A stretch of 64,000 nt of DNA, from positions 34,117 through 98,116 of the forward strand of contig JACPNS010000005.1 of assembly GCA_016185345.1 (NCBI GenBank), given 5' to 3'. The notes under the pieces are model-generated. The model saw only the letters and a list, made by a program, of their open reading frames with translations, was not told the DNA's origin and made no database searches. This DNA comes from Solirubrobacterales bacterium. GTDB taxonomy: Bacteria; Actinomycetota; Thermoleophilia; Solirubrobacterales; JACPNS01. The position numbers and the translations under genes were made by a program. This document shows positions 13,032 to 22,453 of the stretch, piece after piece; the stretch's first letter is position 1, and the number at the start of each line of letters is the position of its first letter.

Positions 13032-13607
13032 ATGCCGCGCCGCAGATTCAAGCCGCAGCGATCCAACCCGCCGGTGCGTCAGCGCCCGAGCGTCGGTCGC
13101 GCGCCGATCATCGATCCGACCGACGGAACCACCGAACCATCCGGCGCGGCTGGCGTCATGATTCCCGAGTCGCAGACCGAACTCGAAGAGATTGAGATTC
13201 TCGAAGGCCCGCTGGTCGCGGTGGTGATGGGCGCGGAGAGCGACCGCGTCGTGATGGTGGAGGCCTGCGAAGAGCTGCAGGCCCGCGGTATTTCATTTGA
13301 GGAGACGGTCGTGTCTGCGCATCGCGACCCGGAGCAGGTCCGCGAGTACGCCCGCGGCGCGCGAGCACGCGGCATCAAGGTGATCATCGCTGGGGCTGGC
13401 ATGTCGGCAGCGCTTCCAGGATCGATCGCGGCATACACCGATCTTCCTGTGATCGGCGTGCCGATCCGCAGCGAGAACGGCGTCAGCGGCGGGCTCGACG
13501 CACTGCTTTCGATCGCTCAGGCGCCAGCCGGTGTGCCAGTCGCCTGCGTGGCGATCAACGGTGCTCAGAACGCGGCGATTCTGGCGTCTCGGATCCTCTT
13601 CGCCTAG
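13032..13607 (+). CDS. purE: 5-(carboxyamino)imidazole ribonucleotide mutase / AIR carboxylase catalytic subunit
   Basis: '[10 protein letters not shown]', 'SAHR' and '[12 protein letters not shown]' motifs. The first ~42 codons are a non-conserved basic/Pro extension. An alternative start is the ATG at 13158. Confidence 0.9.
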   Translation: MPRRRFKPQRSNPPVRQRPSVGRAPIIDPTDGTTEPSGAAGVMIPESQTELEEIEILEGPLVAVVMGAESDRVVMVEACEELQARGISFEETVVSAHRDPEQVREYARGARARGIKVIIAGAGMSAALPGSIAAYTDLPVIGVPIRSENGVSGGLDALLSIAQAPAGVPVACVAINGAQNAAILASRILFA

Positions 13608-14226
13608 CTCGGCTGAGCGCCACGTAGGCCAGCGAAAGCACGATCGCGAAGACCGTGATTGCGAGGATGTTGATCGCCACTTTGCCATAGCCCTTGGCGA
13701 TCACGTCGATGAATGGGTACGGGTACCAATCCGCGATCGCGCCGCGAACAAGGGTGTAGACAATCCACAGCAGGGGCCAGATCAGCGTGCGCGGCACATC
13801 GCTGAGCGTCATCGCAGGCCACGGTCCCGCCGCGATCCACGCAATCACCGTGAGCGGCGGAGCTATGTAGTGGAGCATGTAGCTCGCGACCTGCGCGAGA
13901 CCTTCGTTCTTGATGTCGCCAGCGAGGATCGTCATATAGACGATTCCAGTGACCGTGATTCCGACCAGCGAGGCAAGTCTCAGCGCTCGCCACCAGGGAT
14001 CATCGACGGGCTTGCCCTTGACAACAGCAAGTGCGGCGAGCACGACCACCAAGTTGCTTTGGATCGTGAAGTAACTGACGAACCGGGTCATCCGCGTCAG
14101 CAGATTCGGATCGTCCGGCGCAGGATCGGGATCGAAGATCGTCAGGCCCAGCCGCAACAGAAGCGCCGTGCCGACGAACACAGCGACGAAGAGTTGCACT
14201 CGCTTTGCGGTGGTCGATGCGGCCAT
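13555..14226 (-). CDS. polytopic membrane protein (Pr6Pr / FAR-17a-AIG1-like)
   Basis: 223 aa with about 6 hydrophobic helices and a 'YFTIQSN' motif. The family assignment is tentative. Confidence 0.55.
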   Translation of the reverse strand: MAASTTAKRVQLFVAVFVGTALLLRLGLTIFDPDPAPDDPNLLTRMTRFVSYFTIQSNLVVVLAALAVVKGKPVDDPWWRALRLASLVGITVTGIVYMTILAGDIKNEGLAQVASYMLHYIAPPLTVIAWIAAGPWPAMTLSDVPRTLIWPLLWIVYTLVRGAIADWYPYPFIDVIAKGYGKVAINILAITVFAIVLSLAYVALSRARRRGSETPESPRSEHR

Positions 14227-14263
14227 CCGCTTTCCCTTCGACGCGCCGCATAGGATCTCCCCC

Positions 14264-15553
14264 GTGATCGATCGTTATACACGTGACGCCATTGGTGCCG
14301 TCTGGAGTGAACAGGCGAAGTTCGACAGCTGGCTCCTGGTTGAGCTTGCCGTCTGCGACGCGCTGTTTGACGCCGACGTGATCCCGGCGGCGGACCTCGT
14401 GGCGATCAAGGACCACGCGAAGTTCACGGTCTCTGCCGTGAAGGAGCGTGAGGAGATCACCAACCACGACGTCGCCGCGTTCGTTGACGTGATCAGCGCC
14501 GACGTCGGTGAAGCCGGTCGTTGGATCCACTACGGCCTGACCAGTAGCGACGTGCTCGACACCGCGCTTGGCATCCAGATAGCGAAGGCCGGCGAGATTC
14601 TCGTTGCCGGAGCGCGCGAGTACGCCGACGCACTGGCACGTCGAGCCAAGGAATTTGAAGATGCGACCGCCGTGGGCCGAACGCACGGGGTCCACGCCGA
14701 GCCCACGACCTTCGGCGTGAAGCTCGCGGGATTTGCCTTCGAGGCCCGCCGCAACCTGGGGCGCCTCGAACGCGCATTTGAGCAGTGCCGCGTCGGCGCT
14801 CTCTCTGGTGCCGTCGGCACCTACAGCGCAAATGGTCCCGACATCGAAGAGGCCGTCCTGACCAAGCTAGGGCTTGAGCGCGAGCCGGTCTCCACGCAGG
14901 TCGTCGCGCGCGATCGCCATGCAGAGCTGTTGAGTGCGATCGCGATCGCCGGCGCGGGGCTCGAGCGCTTCTCAACCGAGATTCGCGCGCTGCAAAAGAC
15001 CGAAGTACGCGAGGTCGAGGAGCCGTTCGCCTCCGGTATGCAAAAAGGCAGCAGCGCGATGCCGCACAAGCGCAACCCGATCACCAACGAGCGCATCACC
15101 GGCCTGGCCCGCGTGCTGCGCGGCAATGCCAACGCAGCGATCGAGAATGTCGCGCTCTGGCACGAACGCGACATCACGCACAGCTCGGTCGAGCGCATCA
15201 TCCTCCCGGACTCCACGATTCTTCTCGACTACATGCAGTCACTCGCGATCAAGGTCGTAAACGGCATGACCGTCCACACGGACCGCATGCTCAGCAACCT
15301 CGAAGTCACGCACGGCGCGCTCTTCAGCCAACGCGCGCTGCTTGCGCTTGTCAACGCCGGGCTCACCCGCGACGAGTCATACCGGATCGTCCAGCAGGGT
15401 GCCCAGGAGGCATGGGACACCGGCGTCAACTTCCGCGATCTTCTTGCGGCGGAAACCGAGCGTCAAGGAATCAAGGTCGACATCGACGCGATCTTCGATC
15501 CGTCCGCGTATACGAAGCACGCACGCGCGATCGTCGCACGGCTCGACCAGTAG
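14264..15553 (+). CDS. purB: adenylosuccinate lyase
   Basis: Lyase-1 signature 'GSSAMPHKRNP'. Start trimmed to the GTG at 14264 ('VIDRYTRD...'). The longer ORF from 14168 overlaps the divergent gene. Confidence 0.93.
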   Translation: MIDRYTRDAIGAVWSEQAKFDSWLLVELAVCDALFDADVIPAADLVAIKDHAKFTVSAVKEREEITNHDVAAFVDVISADVGEAGRWIHYGLTSSDVLDTALGIQIAKAGEILVAGAREYADALARRAKEFEDATAVGRTHGVHAEPTTFGVKLAGFAFEARRNLGRLERAFEQCRVGALSGAVGTYSANGPDIEEAVLTKLGLEREPVSTQVVARDRHAELLSAIAIAGAGLERFSTEIRALQKTEVREVEEPFASGMQKGSSAMPHKRNPITNERITGLARVLRGNANAAIENVALWHERDITHSSVERIILPDSTILLDYMQSLAIKVVNGMTVHTDRMLSNLEVTHGALFSQRALLALVNAGLTRDESYRIVQQGAQEAWDTGVNFRDLLAAETERQGIKVDIDAIFDPSAYTKHARAIVARLDQ

Positions 15554-15556
15554 CGG

Positions 15557-16264
15557 TCAGCGGAGGCTCGCGATATCCGCGAATCGCGGAAGCACTATTT
15601 CGTCAGCGATCCCGTCGCTCCCGGCCTGTGCGATCGCCCCGACGACGCCGACTTCGAACTGCTTGCTTCGCTTCAAGCCCAAGATCGATGCCGCCACGAA
15701 TTCCCGGATGTCCTGACGCGACGTTCGCAACTCTTCGACCAGCTGCGGGCGACCCCGCACGATGCTCACCAGATCATCGAAATCCTTGCTCGAGTAGAAG
15801 TCATTGTTTCCCCGAGTCCCGAACGCATCGAGCTTCATTGCCACCCAGAGCTCGGGCCGAACGATCCGAACAGTTCCGACGCGCCCGATTTCAAACTCAG
15901 CTGACATCCCATCGCGATGGGCGAGATGGACCCATTTTCCGTTGAATCCAAGGATTGACTGCTCTGAGGGCATGACGTCGACGATCAGATCACTGTCCGG
16001 CACCCGCCACCTGCACAGCACGGCGGACTCGTTGTCCTCCCGCAGTCCCTGCGAACGCAATCGCCTACCAAATGCGTCGTATTTCGCCTTCGTCGCTACA
16101 TCGATCACGCAGTCTGTGTCATCAGTCGCTCGAAGCGGAAGCACCTCGGACTCGGTGATCCAGGCCGGCAACACAGCAGCGCCTACGAACACGACCTCAT
16201 CGACGAGCGGTCCCAGGGCATTTGCCGCCAGCTCGACGAGCGGAAGTTCTACGCGACGGCCCAT
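15557..16264 (-). CDS. nucleotidyltransferase-fold protein, AbiEii-like toxin candidate
   Basis: 235 aa. 'VVFVGAAVL' (G-x-x-A type) followed by 'LRATDDTDCVI', which matches the R-x-T-x-D-x-D motif of DUF1814/AbiEii nucleotidyltransferases. Confidence 0.5.
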   Translation of the reverse strand: MGRRVELPLVELAANALGPLVDEVVFVGAAVLPAWITESEVLPLRATDDTDCVIDVATKAKYDAFGRRLRSQGLREDNESAVLCRWRVPDSDLIVDVMPSEQSILGFNGKWVHLAHRDGMSAEFEIGRVGTVRIVRPELWVAMKLDAFGTRGNNDFYSSKDFDDLVSIVRGRPQLVEELRTSRQDIREFVAASILGLKRSKQFEVGVVGAIAQAGSDGIADEIVLPRFADIASLR

Positions 16265-16779
16265 TGAGCTCCGCCCACAATTTCTCGAACAAGCTGATCA
16301 GCGACCTCTCGCTCGCGTGCGCCGCCGATTCGAGAAGCGTCCACGGCTCGCATGAGTTCTCCGAGCTCTGGCCTTGCGCGTGCGACGTCAGGCACTCTCG
16401 GGTCCAGCGGCTCCAGGTACAAACCGTGGACTCGCCCTCGGGGGTCGGGCCAAACGACCGGCAAGTCCTTTCCGACGCTGCGAATCCGCGACGCGAGGAG
16501 CCCCCCGTACCAAGCCGTCGGCGTCCCACCACCTTGGCCCAGGTACTTTGGAGGAACCAGGAATCTCGCACCCGTCGTCATTAGATCCATGGCGAGCGAC
16601 TCAACGACTGCGCCTCGTCGTGGCAAGTACAGGCCGGCTTCAGACAGTCGCGCCACTGAGCGCTGAACGCCGGCGTGAGGTATTCCCAAATCCTCTGAAA
16701 TCGATCGGATCGTCCTCCGTTCACGAGAGGGATCGATGCTTAGTGCGGCAAGCACGAAAATGTCGCGTCCATTGAGCAT
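16249..16779 (-). CDS. winged-HTH regulator, AbiEi-like antitoxin candidate
   Basis: Trimmed to 'MLNGRDIFVLAAL...'. wHTH segment 'RTIRSISEDLGIPHAGVQRSVARLSEAGL'. The 3' end overlaps the downstream nucleotidyltransferase gene by 16 nt. Confidence 0.45.
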   Translation of the reverse strand: MLNGRDIFVLAALSIDPSRERRTIRSISEDLGIPHAGVQRSVARLSEAGLYLPRRGAVVESLAMDLMTTGARFLVPPKYLGQGGGTPTAWYGGLLASRIRSVGKDLPVVWPDPRGRVHGLYLEPLDPRVPDVARARPELGELMRAVDASRIGGAREREVADQLVREIVGGAQWAVA

Positions 16780-16786
16780 GGTTCCA

Positions 16787-16872
16787 ATATATCGTATATC
16801 GATATTCGATACAGCAACGTGAATTCTGCAAGACCACCCGCTCACAATCCTTTCCGCCATTAGGATCAAGCG
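16787..16872. promoter_or_regulatory. AT-rich divergent promoter/operator region
   Basis: 'AATATATCGTATATCGATATTCGATA' with TATCGATA-type palindromic cores. Lies between the divergent genes at 16779(-) and 16873(+). Confidence 0.4.
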
Positions 16873-18324
16873 ATGCCAAATGCGTCGCGTCAAGCAATCG
16901 TCCTTCTCGCCGACGGCGCTCGCGCTGACGTCTTCGAACGCATGCTCAATGCGGGCGAGCTACCTGAGATCCAACGGCACGTCGTTGATCGCGGTGGACA
17001 TCGCACGGCGACCAGCACCTTCACCAGCACGACGATCCCGGCGCACCTGCCGTTTCTGACCGGACGCTTCGCCGGCAGCGCCGACGTGCCCGGCTACCGA
17101 TGGTTCGATCGACGAAAGCAGCCGCGCCATGGGCCATTGGGTCCCTGGAGCTTTCGCAGCTACAACGGCTTTGAGTCGATGCTTGTAGATCGCGACATCG
17201 CCGACGACGTGCCGACACTCTTCGAACTCGCGCCCGGCTCGCAGAACATCTTCGGAGCGATCACGCGTGGGCTGACCCGCGGCGGGAACGTCGCGGCGAC
17301 GCGCAAGAACCTCCTATGGCTGAAGGCGCACTTTTTCGAGGACTACGAGATCGCCGACAGCGCCGCTCGCAAGATGCTCGCCGCGTCACTGGACAAACTT
17401 GTGCCGTTCCGCTTCGTCGTAATGCCGGGGATCGACTGGAACAGCCACTACGACGATCCCTTCGGCGAAGGCGCCTATGAGGCCTACCGCCGGGTCGATC
17501 GCACGGTTGGAGAAGTGGCAAGGAAGCTCGAACGACTCGGTCGCTATGAGAAGACCTTGCTGGCAGTCGTAAGCGACCACGGGCACGAGCAGGTTCGCGA
17601 GCACTTCGATCTCGGCCCGCGAATGCAAGGCGACCTTGGGCTCAAAGTCGCATTTCACTCGATGAAGGCCTGGCGCATGAAGCCCGATGCGCTCTGCGCA
17701 ATCAGTGGCAACGCGATGGCCCATATCTACCTCAACACCGTCGTGCCGACGCTCTCCGAATGGCTGCTCGCCGAGCCGGCCGTTGACATCATCGCCTCGC
17801 GCGAACCAGATCGATCGATTCTCGTCGAAAGCCGCCGCGGTCGTGCCGAGCTCGCCGAAGTGCCCGGCGGCCTGACCTACCGGCCCATAGACGGTGATCC
17901 CTTCGGCTACGACGTGCTCCCTCGCGAGCTCGATTTCGAGACCGCGCTCACAGCAACCGCCGACAGCGAATACCCCGACGGCCTGCTGCAGCTCGCGCAG
18001 ATCTTCCGCTCCCCCCGCAGTGGCGATGTTGTCGTGAGCGCCGCGCCGGGCTACGACCTACGAGAGCAGTACGAACGCCCTCAACACCGATCATCTCATG
18101 GCGCGTTGCACGCTGCGCACATGAACGTCCCGCTCGCGATCAGTCTCCCTGTTGTGGACGGACCGGCACGCACGGCTGACGTCTTCAGCATGGTGCTCGA
18201 GCACCTCCAGATCGCAGAGCCGGCAGGAGTTGACGGCCGCTCGCGATTGATCGGCGCAGCTCAGCCGTCGGCAGAGCCAGCGCTCGCGACCCGCGAACGT
18301 CGGTTCAACTCAAATACTCCATAG
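16873..18324 (+). CDS. alkaline-phosphatase-superfamily phosphodiesterase/nucleotide pyrophosphatase
   Basis: 483 aa. 'VLLADGARAD' metal-site Asp, 'TSTTIPAHLPFLTG' nucleophile region, and 'VVSDHGH'. Confidence 0.7.
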   Translation: MPNASRQAIVLLADGARADVFERMLNAGELPEIQRHVVDRGGHRTATSTFTSTTIPAHLPFLTGRFAGSADVPGYRWFDRRKQPRHGPLGPWSFRSYNGFESMLVDRDIADDVPTLFELAPGSQNIFGAITRGLTRGGNVAATRKNLLWLKAHFFEDYEIADSAARKMLAASLDKLVPFRFVVMPGIDWNSHYDDPFGEGAYEAYRRVDRTVGEVARKLERLGRYEKTLLAVVSDHGHEQVREHFDLGPRMQGDLGLKVAFHSMKAWRMKPDALCAISGNAMAHIYLNTVVPTLSEWLLAEPAVDIIASREPDRSILVESRRGRAELAEVPGGLTYRPIDGDPFGYDVLPRELDFETALTATADSEYPDGLLQLAQIFRSPRSGDVVVSAAPGYDLREQYERPQHRSSHGALHAAHMNVPLAISLPVVDGPARTADVFSMVLEHLQIAEPAGVDGRSRLIGAAQPSAEPALATRERRFNSNTP

Positions 18325-19202
18325 ATCGAGTACGCCGCTGCCGCGACGATCGCGGTTGCCAGAAGGACCAGTCCTGCCGAGGCCGTCACCGCGACAGCGT
18401 CGTCCGCGAACAGCGCCGCCGACGCGGCGATCGAAGATGGCCCCGGTCCAATCGGCAGGGCATTGAAGACCGTCGTCAGGAGGAACGCCAGGAGCGCATC
18501 CGACATCGACGGATTGAGCCCGAGCGCCTTGAAGGCGATGTAGTAGCGGATCGGCTGCAGCGTGAGCACGACCGCCAGGATCGCTGCCAACTTGTAGCGC
18601 TCGCCGGAGTTTTGCAGCACGCGCGCGGTCTGCGCGAACTCGCGGTCCTTGTAGCGGATGAAGACCCAGCGAACGATCAGCAGAAGCAGGCCGACCGCCG
18701 CAGTGAAGACGAATATCCACCACCACTCGAGCGACGAAGTGAGGACCGCCGCGATGATCAGGCCGATCGTGATCACGGCCTCGACGAGCAGCATCAAACC
18801 GTCTGCGGTGAACATCTGACCGATCGTCGGCGTCGGCGTGGAGTCGGGTTTGGCTGCGCGAGGCGCGTCGTAGCGCTTGGCCAACCAGATGCGCACCCAG
18901 GCGCCGATGTAAGTCGGAACAACGCTGTCGGCGAGGAACCTGAGCGAACTGGAACTGTGCAGCAGGCTCCTCTCGATCGGCGCGCCGGCCGCGTCGATGC
19001 AGCGACCCCAGGCCTCGGCCCGAAGGAGCAGGGCGATCAGATGCAGCCCGACCAGCGCCGCTGCCGCCCTGATCGAAATCAGCTTCCACGCCTCGCCGAT
19101 CTCAGCGAAGTGCGGCCAGAGCAGGGCGATCAGGACTACGATCGCGATCAATGGACCCAGGATCCCGCGCACGATCTCTGACCGCGTGAGCTTGCGCTCC
19201 AT
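18261..19202 (-). CDS. flippase-like / lysylphosphatidylglycerol-synthase TM-domain family membrane protein
   Basis: Trimmed to 'MERKLTRSEIVRGILGPLIAIVVL...'. About 8 TM helices. The longer ORF to 19526 is Arg-rich and overlaps the next gene. Confidence 0.55.
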   Translation of the reverse strand: MERKLTRSEIVRGILGPLIAIVVLIALLWPHFAEIGEAWKLISIRAAAALVGLHLIALLLRAEAWGRCIDAAGAPIERSLLHSSSSLRFLADSVVPTYIGAWVRIWLAKRYDAPRAAKPDSTPTPTIGQMFTADGLMLLVEAVITIGLIIAAVLTSSLEWWWIFVFTAAVGLLLLIVRWVFIRYKDREFAQTARVLQNSGERYKLAAILAVVLTLQPIRYYIAFKALGLNPSMSDALLAFLLTTVFNALPIGPGPSSIAASAALFADDAVAVTASAGLVLLATAIVAAAAYSIYGVFELNRRSRVASAGSADG

Positions 19203-19282
19203 TTCCACCACGCCATTCACGATCCGGTGACCGTATCCCGGACGCGGCGCGACCCATTCAAAACCAATAGTCTGGCTCCGGG

Positions 19283-20872
19283 ATGGGAGCGGCGGCAGAG
19301 TTTGACTACATCGTGGTTGGCGCCGGGTCGGCCGGCTGCGTCGTTGCCTCTCGGCTGAGCGAAGACCCGAGCTGCGAAGTGCTTTTGCTGGAGGCCGGCG
19401 GCAAAGCAAAGCATCCGAATATCGCGATCCCTGCGGCCTTCTCGGATCTGTTCGAGACCAAGTTCGATTGGGCTTACTACTCGGAACCCGAAGAGGGACA
19501 GCAGGGGCGAGAGATCTTCCTACCACGAGGCAAGGGCCTCGGGGGCAGCAGTTCGATCAACGCGATGGTTTATCTGCGCGGGAACGATCAGGACTTCGAG
19601 GACTGGGTGGAGCTCGGAGCCACTGGATGGTCGGCCGCCGAAGTGCTTCCGTACTTCAAGCGTTCCGAGCACAACGAGCAGTTCGAAGGCGATTTCCACG
19701 GCAACGATGGGCCGATGAATGTGACGTTCCGCTACACCGACGCGATCACGAAACGATTGCTCGCCGGCGCCGTGGCCGTCGGCCACGACCACGTCGTGGA
19801 TTTCAACAGCGAAACGCAGGAAGGTGCCGGAATCCTGCAGGCAACCCAGCAGAACGGTCGCCGCGTCAGCGTCGCCGACGCATTCATTCGACCGCACATC
19901 GGAAAGCGCAAGAACCTCACGGTCATCACCGGCGCCCTGGTGAATCGCCTCGTCGTCAGAAACGGCGCGGCAACCGGCGTGGAGTATTCAGTGGGCCGGA
20001 GGGTGAAAACCGCCGAGGCCAGCAGTGAAGTGATCCTGAGCGGCGGCGCCTACGCCACGCCGCAGATTCTCCAGCTCTCCGGCATTGGCGACCCAGGACA
20101 TCTGAAGTCGATCGGAGTCGATGTCACCGCAGATCTTTCCGGCGTCGGCCAGAACCTGATCGACCATCCATGCGCCCCGGTCAGTTGGGAGCTGACCGAT
20201 TCGGACAGCGGCGTCGGGCTCTCCGATGCAAAGAAGGCGCGCTACCTCGCCGAATGGCTGCTGCGAAGGAGCGGCAAGCTGACGAGCAACATCATGGAGG
20301 GCAATGTCCTGATGCGCTCTGACGCCTCCCAGCCCGCGCCCGACCTGCAGATGCCGCTCGCGCCCGTTTTCTTCTCTGACCACGGGCGCGTCGAGAACGA
20401 TTGCCCCGCCGCGACGATGGGACCCGTACTGCTGCAGCCCGAGAGTCGCGGCAGCGTGCTCGCCCGAAGCAACGATCCGTCGCGGCTCGCCGCGGTCAAG
20501 CTCAATTTCTATGACGATCCGAGCGACATGCGCCGGATGATCGTCGGGATGCGTGCGTCGATTGAAATCGTCGAGGCGAGCGGTTTTGGTTCGGCGCTGG
20601 GGAAGATCGCGCAGGCGCCCGAGGGGCTTGAGTCCGACCACGAAATCGAACACTTCATTCGCGCTCATGGCGAGCACCTGTACCACCCGGTCGGCACGGC
20701 GCGAATCGGCCCGCCCGGCGACGGCGTGGTCGACCCGGAGCTGCGCGTCCACGGCGTCGAGCGCCTGCGTGTCGCCGACGCCTCCGTGATGCCCAAGATC
20801 GTGCGCGCCAACACCAACGCCGCGACGATCATGATCGGCGAGCGGGCCGCCGACTTCATTCGCGCCGCATAG
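19283..20872 (+). CDS. GMC-family FAD oxidoreductase (choline dehydrogenase-like)
   Basis: 529 aa. 'DYIVVGAGSAGCVVASRLSE' FAD-binding fold, GMC signatures 'GGSSSINAMVY' and 'YHPVGTARIG'. Confidence 0.9.
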   Translation: MGAAAEFDYIVVGAGSAGCVVASRLSEDPSCEVLLLEAGGKAKHPNIAIPAAFSDLFETKFDWAYYSEPEEGQQGREIFLPRGKGLGGSSSINAMVYLRGNDQDFEDWVELGATGWSAAEVLPYFKRSEHNEQFEGDFHGNDGPMNVTFRYTDAITKRLLAGAVAVGHDHVVDFNSETQEGAGILQATQQNGRRVSVADAFIRPHIGKRKNLTVITGALVNRLVVRNGAATGVEYSVGRRVKTAEASSEVILSGGAYATPQILQLSGIGDPGHLKSIGVDVTADLSGVGQNLIDHPCAPVSWELTDSDSGVGLSDAKKARYLAEWLLRRSGKLTSNIMEGNVLMRSDASQPAPDLQMPLAPVFFSDHGRVENDCPAATMGPVLLQPESRGSVLARSNDPSRLAAVKLNFYDDPSDMRRMIVGMRASIEIVEASGFGSALGKIAQAPEGLESDHEIEHFIRAHGEHLYHPVGTARIGPPGDGVVDPELRVHGVERLRVADASVMPKIVRANTNAATIMIGERAADFIRAA

Positions 20873-20910
20873 CGACCCGCGAACCGCAAAGCCCGGTATA
20901 GCCTGCGCCA

Positions 20911-21822
20911 ATGCATGCGCGACAGCGACGGAGCGATGAAGCAGTGGCCGAAATTCTGCTTGACGAGCTCGCGACCGTTCGCGCGAATATCGATGGCGCG
21001 ATCGACGGCCAGGACGCCGCCGCCCTTCACGCGCTTCGCGTCTCGATCCGCCGCTCGCGCACGCTGCTCAAAGGAATGCATGGCGTCTTCGCGCCAGCCG
21101 ACCAGGAACGCTTCGCCGCCGAATTCAAGGAACTTCAGGGAATCACCGGACCGGTGCGCGACAGCGACGTATTGCTCGAAGAGCTCGAGGCCTTCGCGAT
21201 CGAGCGCCCACACTTCCCGCGTGAGGCCGCAGCGCTCCGGCGGGAACTGCTGCGAAGGCGCCGCTCGGCCCGCAACAAGCTCAAGCGTCGACTCACCTCC
21301 AAGCGCTTTGCGGACCTGCTCGATGCGTGGCAGGAGACCCTCGAGTCACTTCCCTCGATGGACGAAGCCGAGCGACCCGACGCCGCAATTCCGATCGGCG
21401 AGCTCGCCGGTGCGCGAATCCTCGCCGATCACAAAAGGTTCTTGAAGCTCGGTAGGGTCGCGATCCGGAGTGGCGACCCCGCGACGGTTCACCACGCGCG
21501 CAAGCGCGGAAAAGCGCTTCGCTACGACCTCGAATTCTTCGGCAACTTCGGCGACAGGAAGGTGGCGGCGCGACTGATCCGCCAACTCAAAGCTGCACAG
21601 GATGAACTCGGCGCCTACCAGGACACCGTGGCCCGCGAAGCCGAGCTTCGTAGAGCGGTGCAGGCAGCGGACACGGTCATGGTGGCAACTTCGGCCGGAG
21701 CGCTTATCGAGCGGGCGCTCATCCGGCGTGGTGATCGACTCGATCGATTCGCCGATCGCTATTCGAAGCTCTGCGGAAAGAAGCAACGCGCGAAGGTCAA
21801 GCGGGCATTCGCCCCAAAGTAG
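20911..21822 (+). CDS. CHAD-domain protein
   Basis: 303 aa, helical and Arg/His-rich. 'ALHALRVSIRRSRTLLK' and 'VHHARKRGKALRY' are typical CHAD repeats. Confidence 0.75.
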   Translation: MHARQRRSDEAVAEILLDELATVRANIDGAIDGQDAAALHALRVSIRRSRTLLKGMHGVFAPADQERFAAEFKELQGITGPVRDSDVLLEELEAFAIERPHFPREAAALRRELLRRRRSARNKLKRRLTSKRFADLLDAWQETLESLPSMDEAERPDAAIPIGELAGARILADHKRFLKLGRVAIRSGDPATVHHARKRGKALRYDLEFFGNFGDRKVAARLIRQLKAAQDELGAYQDTVAREAELRRAVQAADTVMVATSAGALIERALIRRGDRLDRFADRYSKLCGKKQRAKVKRAFAPK

Positions 21823-21832
21823 TCGCCCGCGC

Positions 21833-22453
21833 TCAGACCTCGGGCTGCGCGTCGATCGACGCCCAGAGATAGAGACACGCGAGCGTGCGGTACGGCCTCC
21901 AAGGCTCGGCGATCTCGACCATCTCTGCATGCGACGGAAGCTCATTGAGCCCGTACTCGATCATCATCGCCTTGCGGATCCCAAGATCCCCCGTGGGCAG
22001 AACGTCTTCGCGCGAAAGATGGAACATCAAGAACATGTGCGCCGACCAGACGCCGATGCCCTTGACCGCCACGAGCTCGGCGATCACATCTTCATCGGAA
22101 AGCTTGTGCAGCTTGTGCAGCTCAAGCTCGCCATTGATCACGTGCTCGGCGAGCGAGCGCAAATAGTTGGTCTTCGCGCGGGAGAGGCCGCCAGCAACCT
22201 TCAATGCTTCAGGATCAGCGTCGAGTATCTGCTGCGGGGTCGGCACCTCGCCGCCGAAATAGTCGAGCACGCGTTGGTAGATCTTCGCCGCAGCCCTGAC
22301 CGAAAGCTGTTGGCCGGTGATCGTGCGAAGCAGCGATCCGTAGTGGTCGTCTGGGCGTTCGGCGTGGGTGTTGTCAAGGTGCGTGTCGGGGGTGCGGGCG
22401 ATCAGGGCTGCGAGCACCGGGTCAGAGCGTTTGAGGCGCGTGAGGGACTTCAA
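21833..22453 (-). CDS. alkA: DNA-3-methyladenine glycosylase II-type HhH-GPD protein
   Basis: 'ITGQQLSVRAAAKI', 'VKGIGVWSAHMFLMF' and 'DLGIRKA'. Start proposed at the TTG at 22453, forming TTGA with the upstream stop. The track ORF extends to 22525. Confidence 0.8.
   Translation of the reverse strand: MKSLTRLKRSDPVLAALIARTPDTHLDNTHAERPDDHYGSLLRTITGQQLSVRAAAKIYQRVLDYFGGEVPTPQQILDADPEALKVAGGLSRAKTNYLRSLAEHVINGELELHKLHKLSDEDVIAELVAVKGIGVWSAHMFLMFHLSREDVLPTGDLGIRKAMMIEYGLNELPSHAEMVEIAEPWRPYRTLACLYLWASIDAQPEV

Noticed and set aside
19988-20911. 307-aa minus-strand ORF opposite the GMC oxidoreductase gene. The same pattern occurs at 21346-21945(-), 21602-22591(+), 31609-32490(-), 32512-33423(-), 34006-34791(-) and 36045-36767(-).
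   Set aside because: All are antisense to genes with strong family signatures (GMC, CHAD/AlkA, purL, purF, fic, purH). All have shadow-ORF composition.
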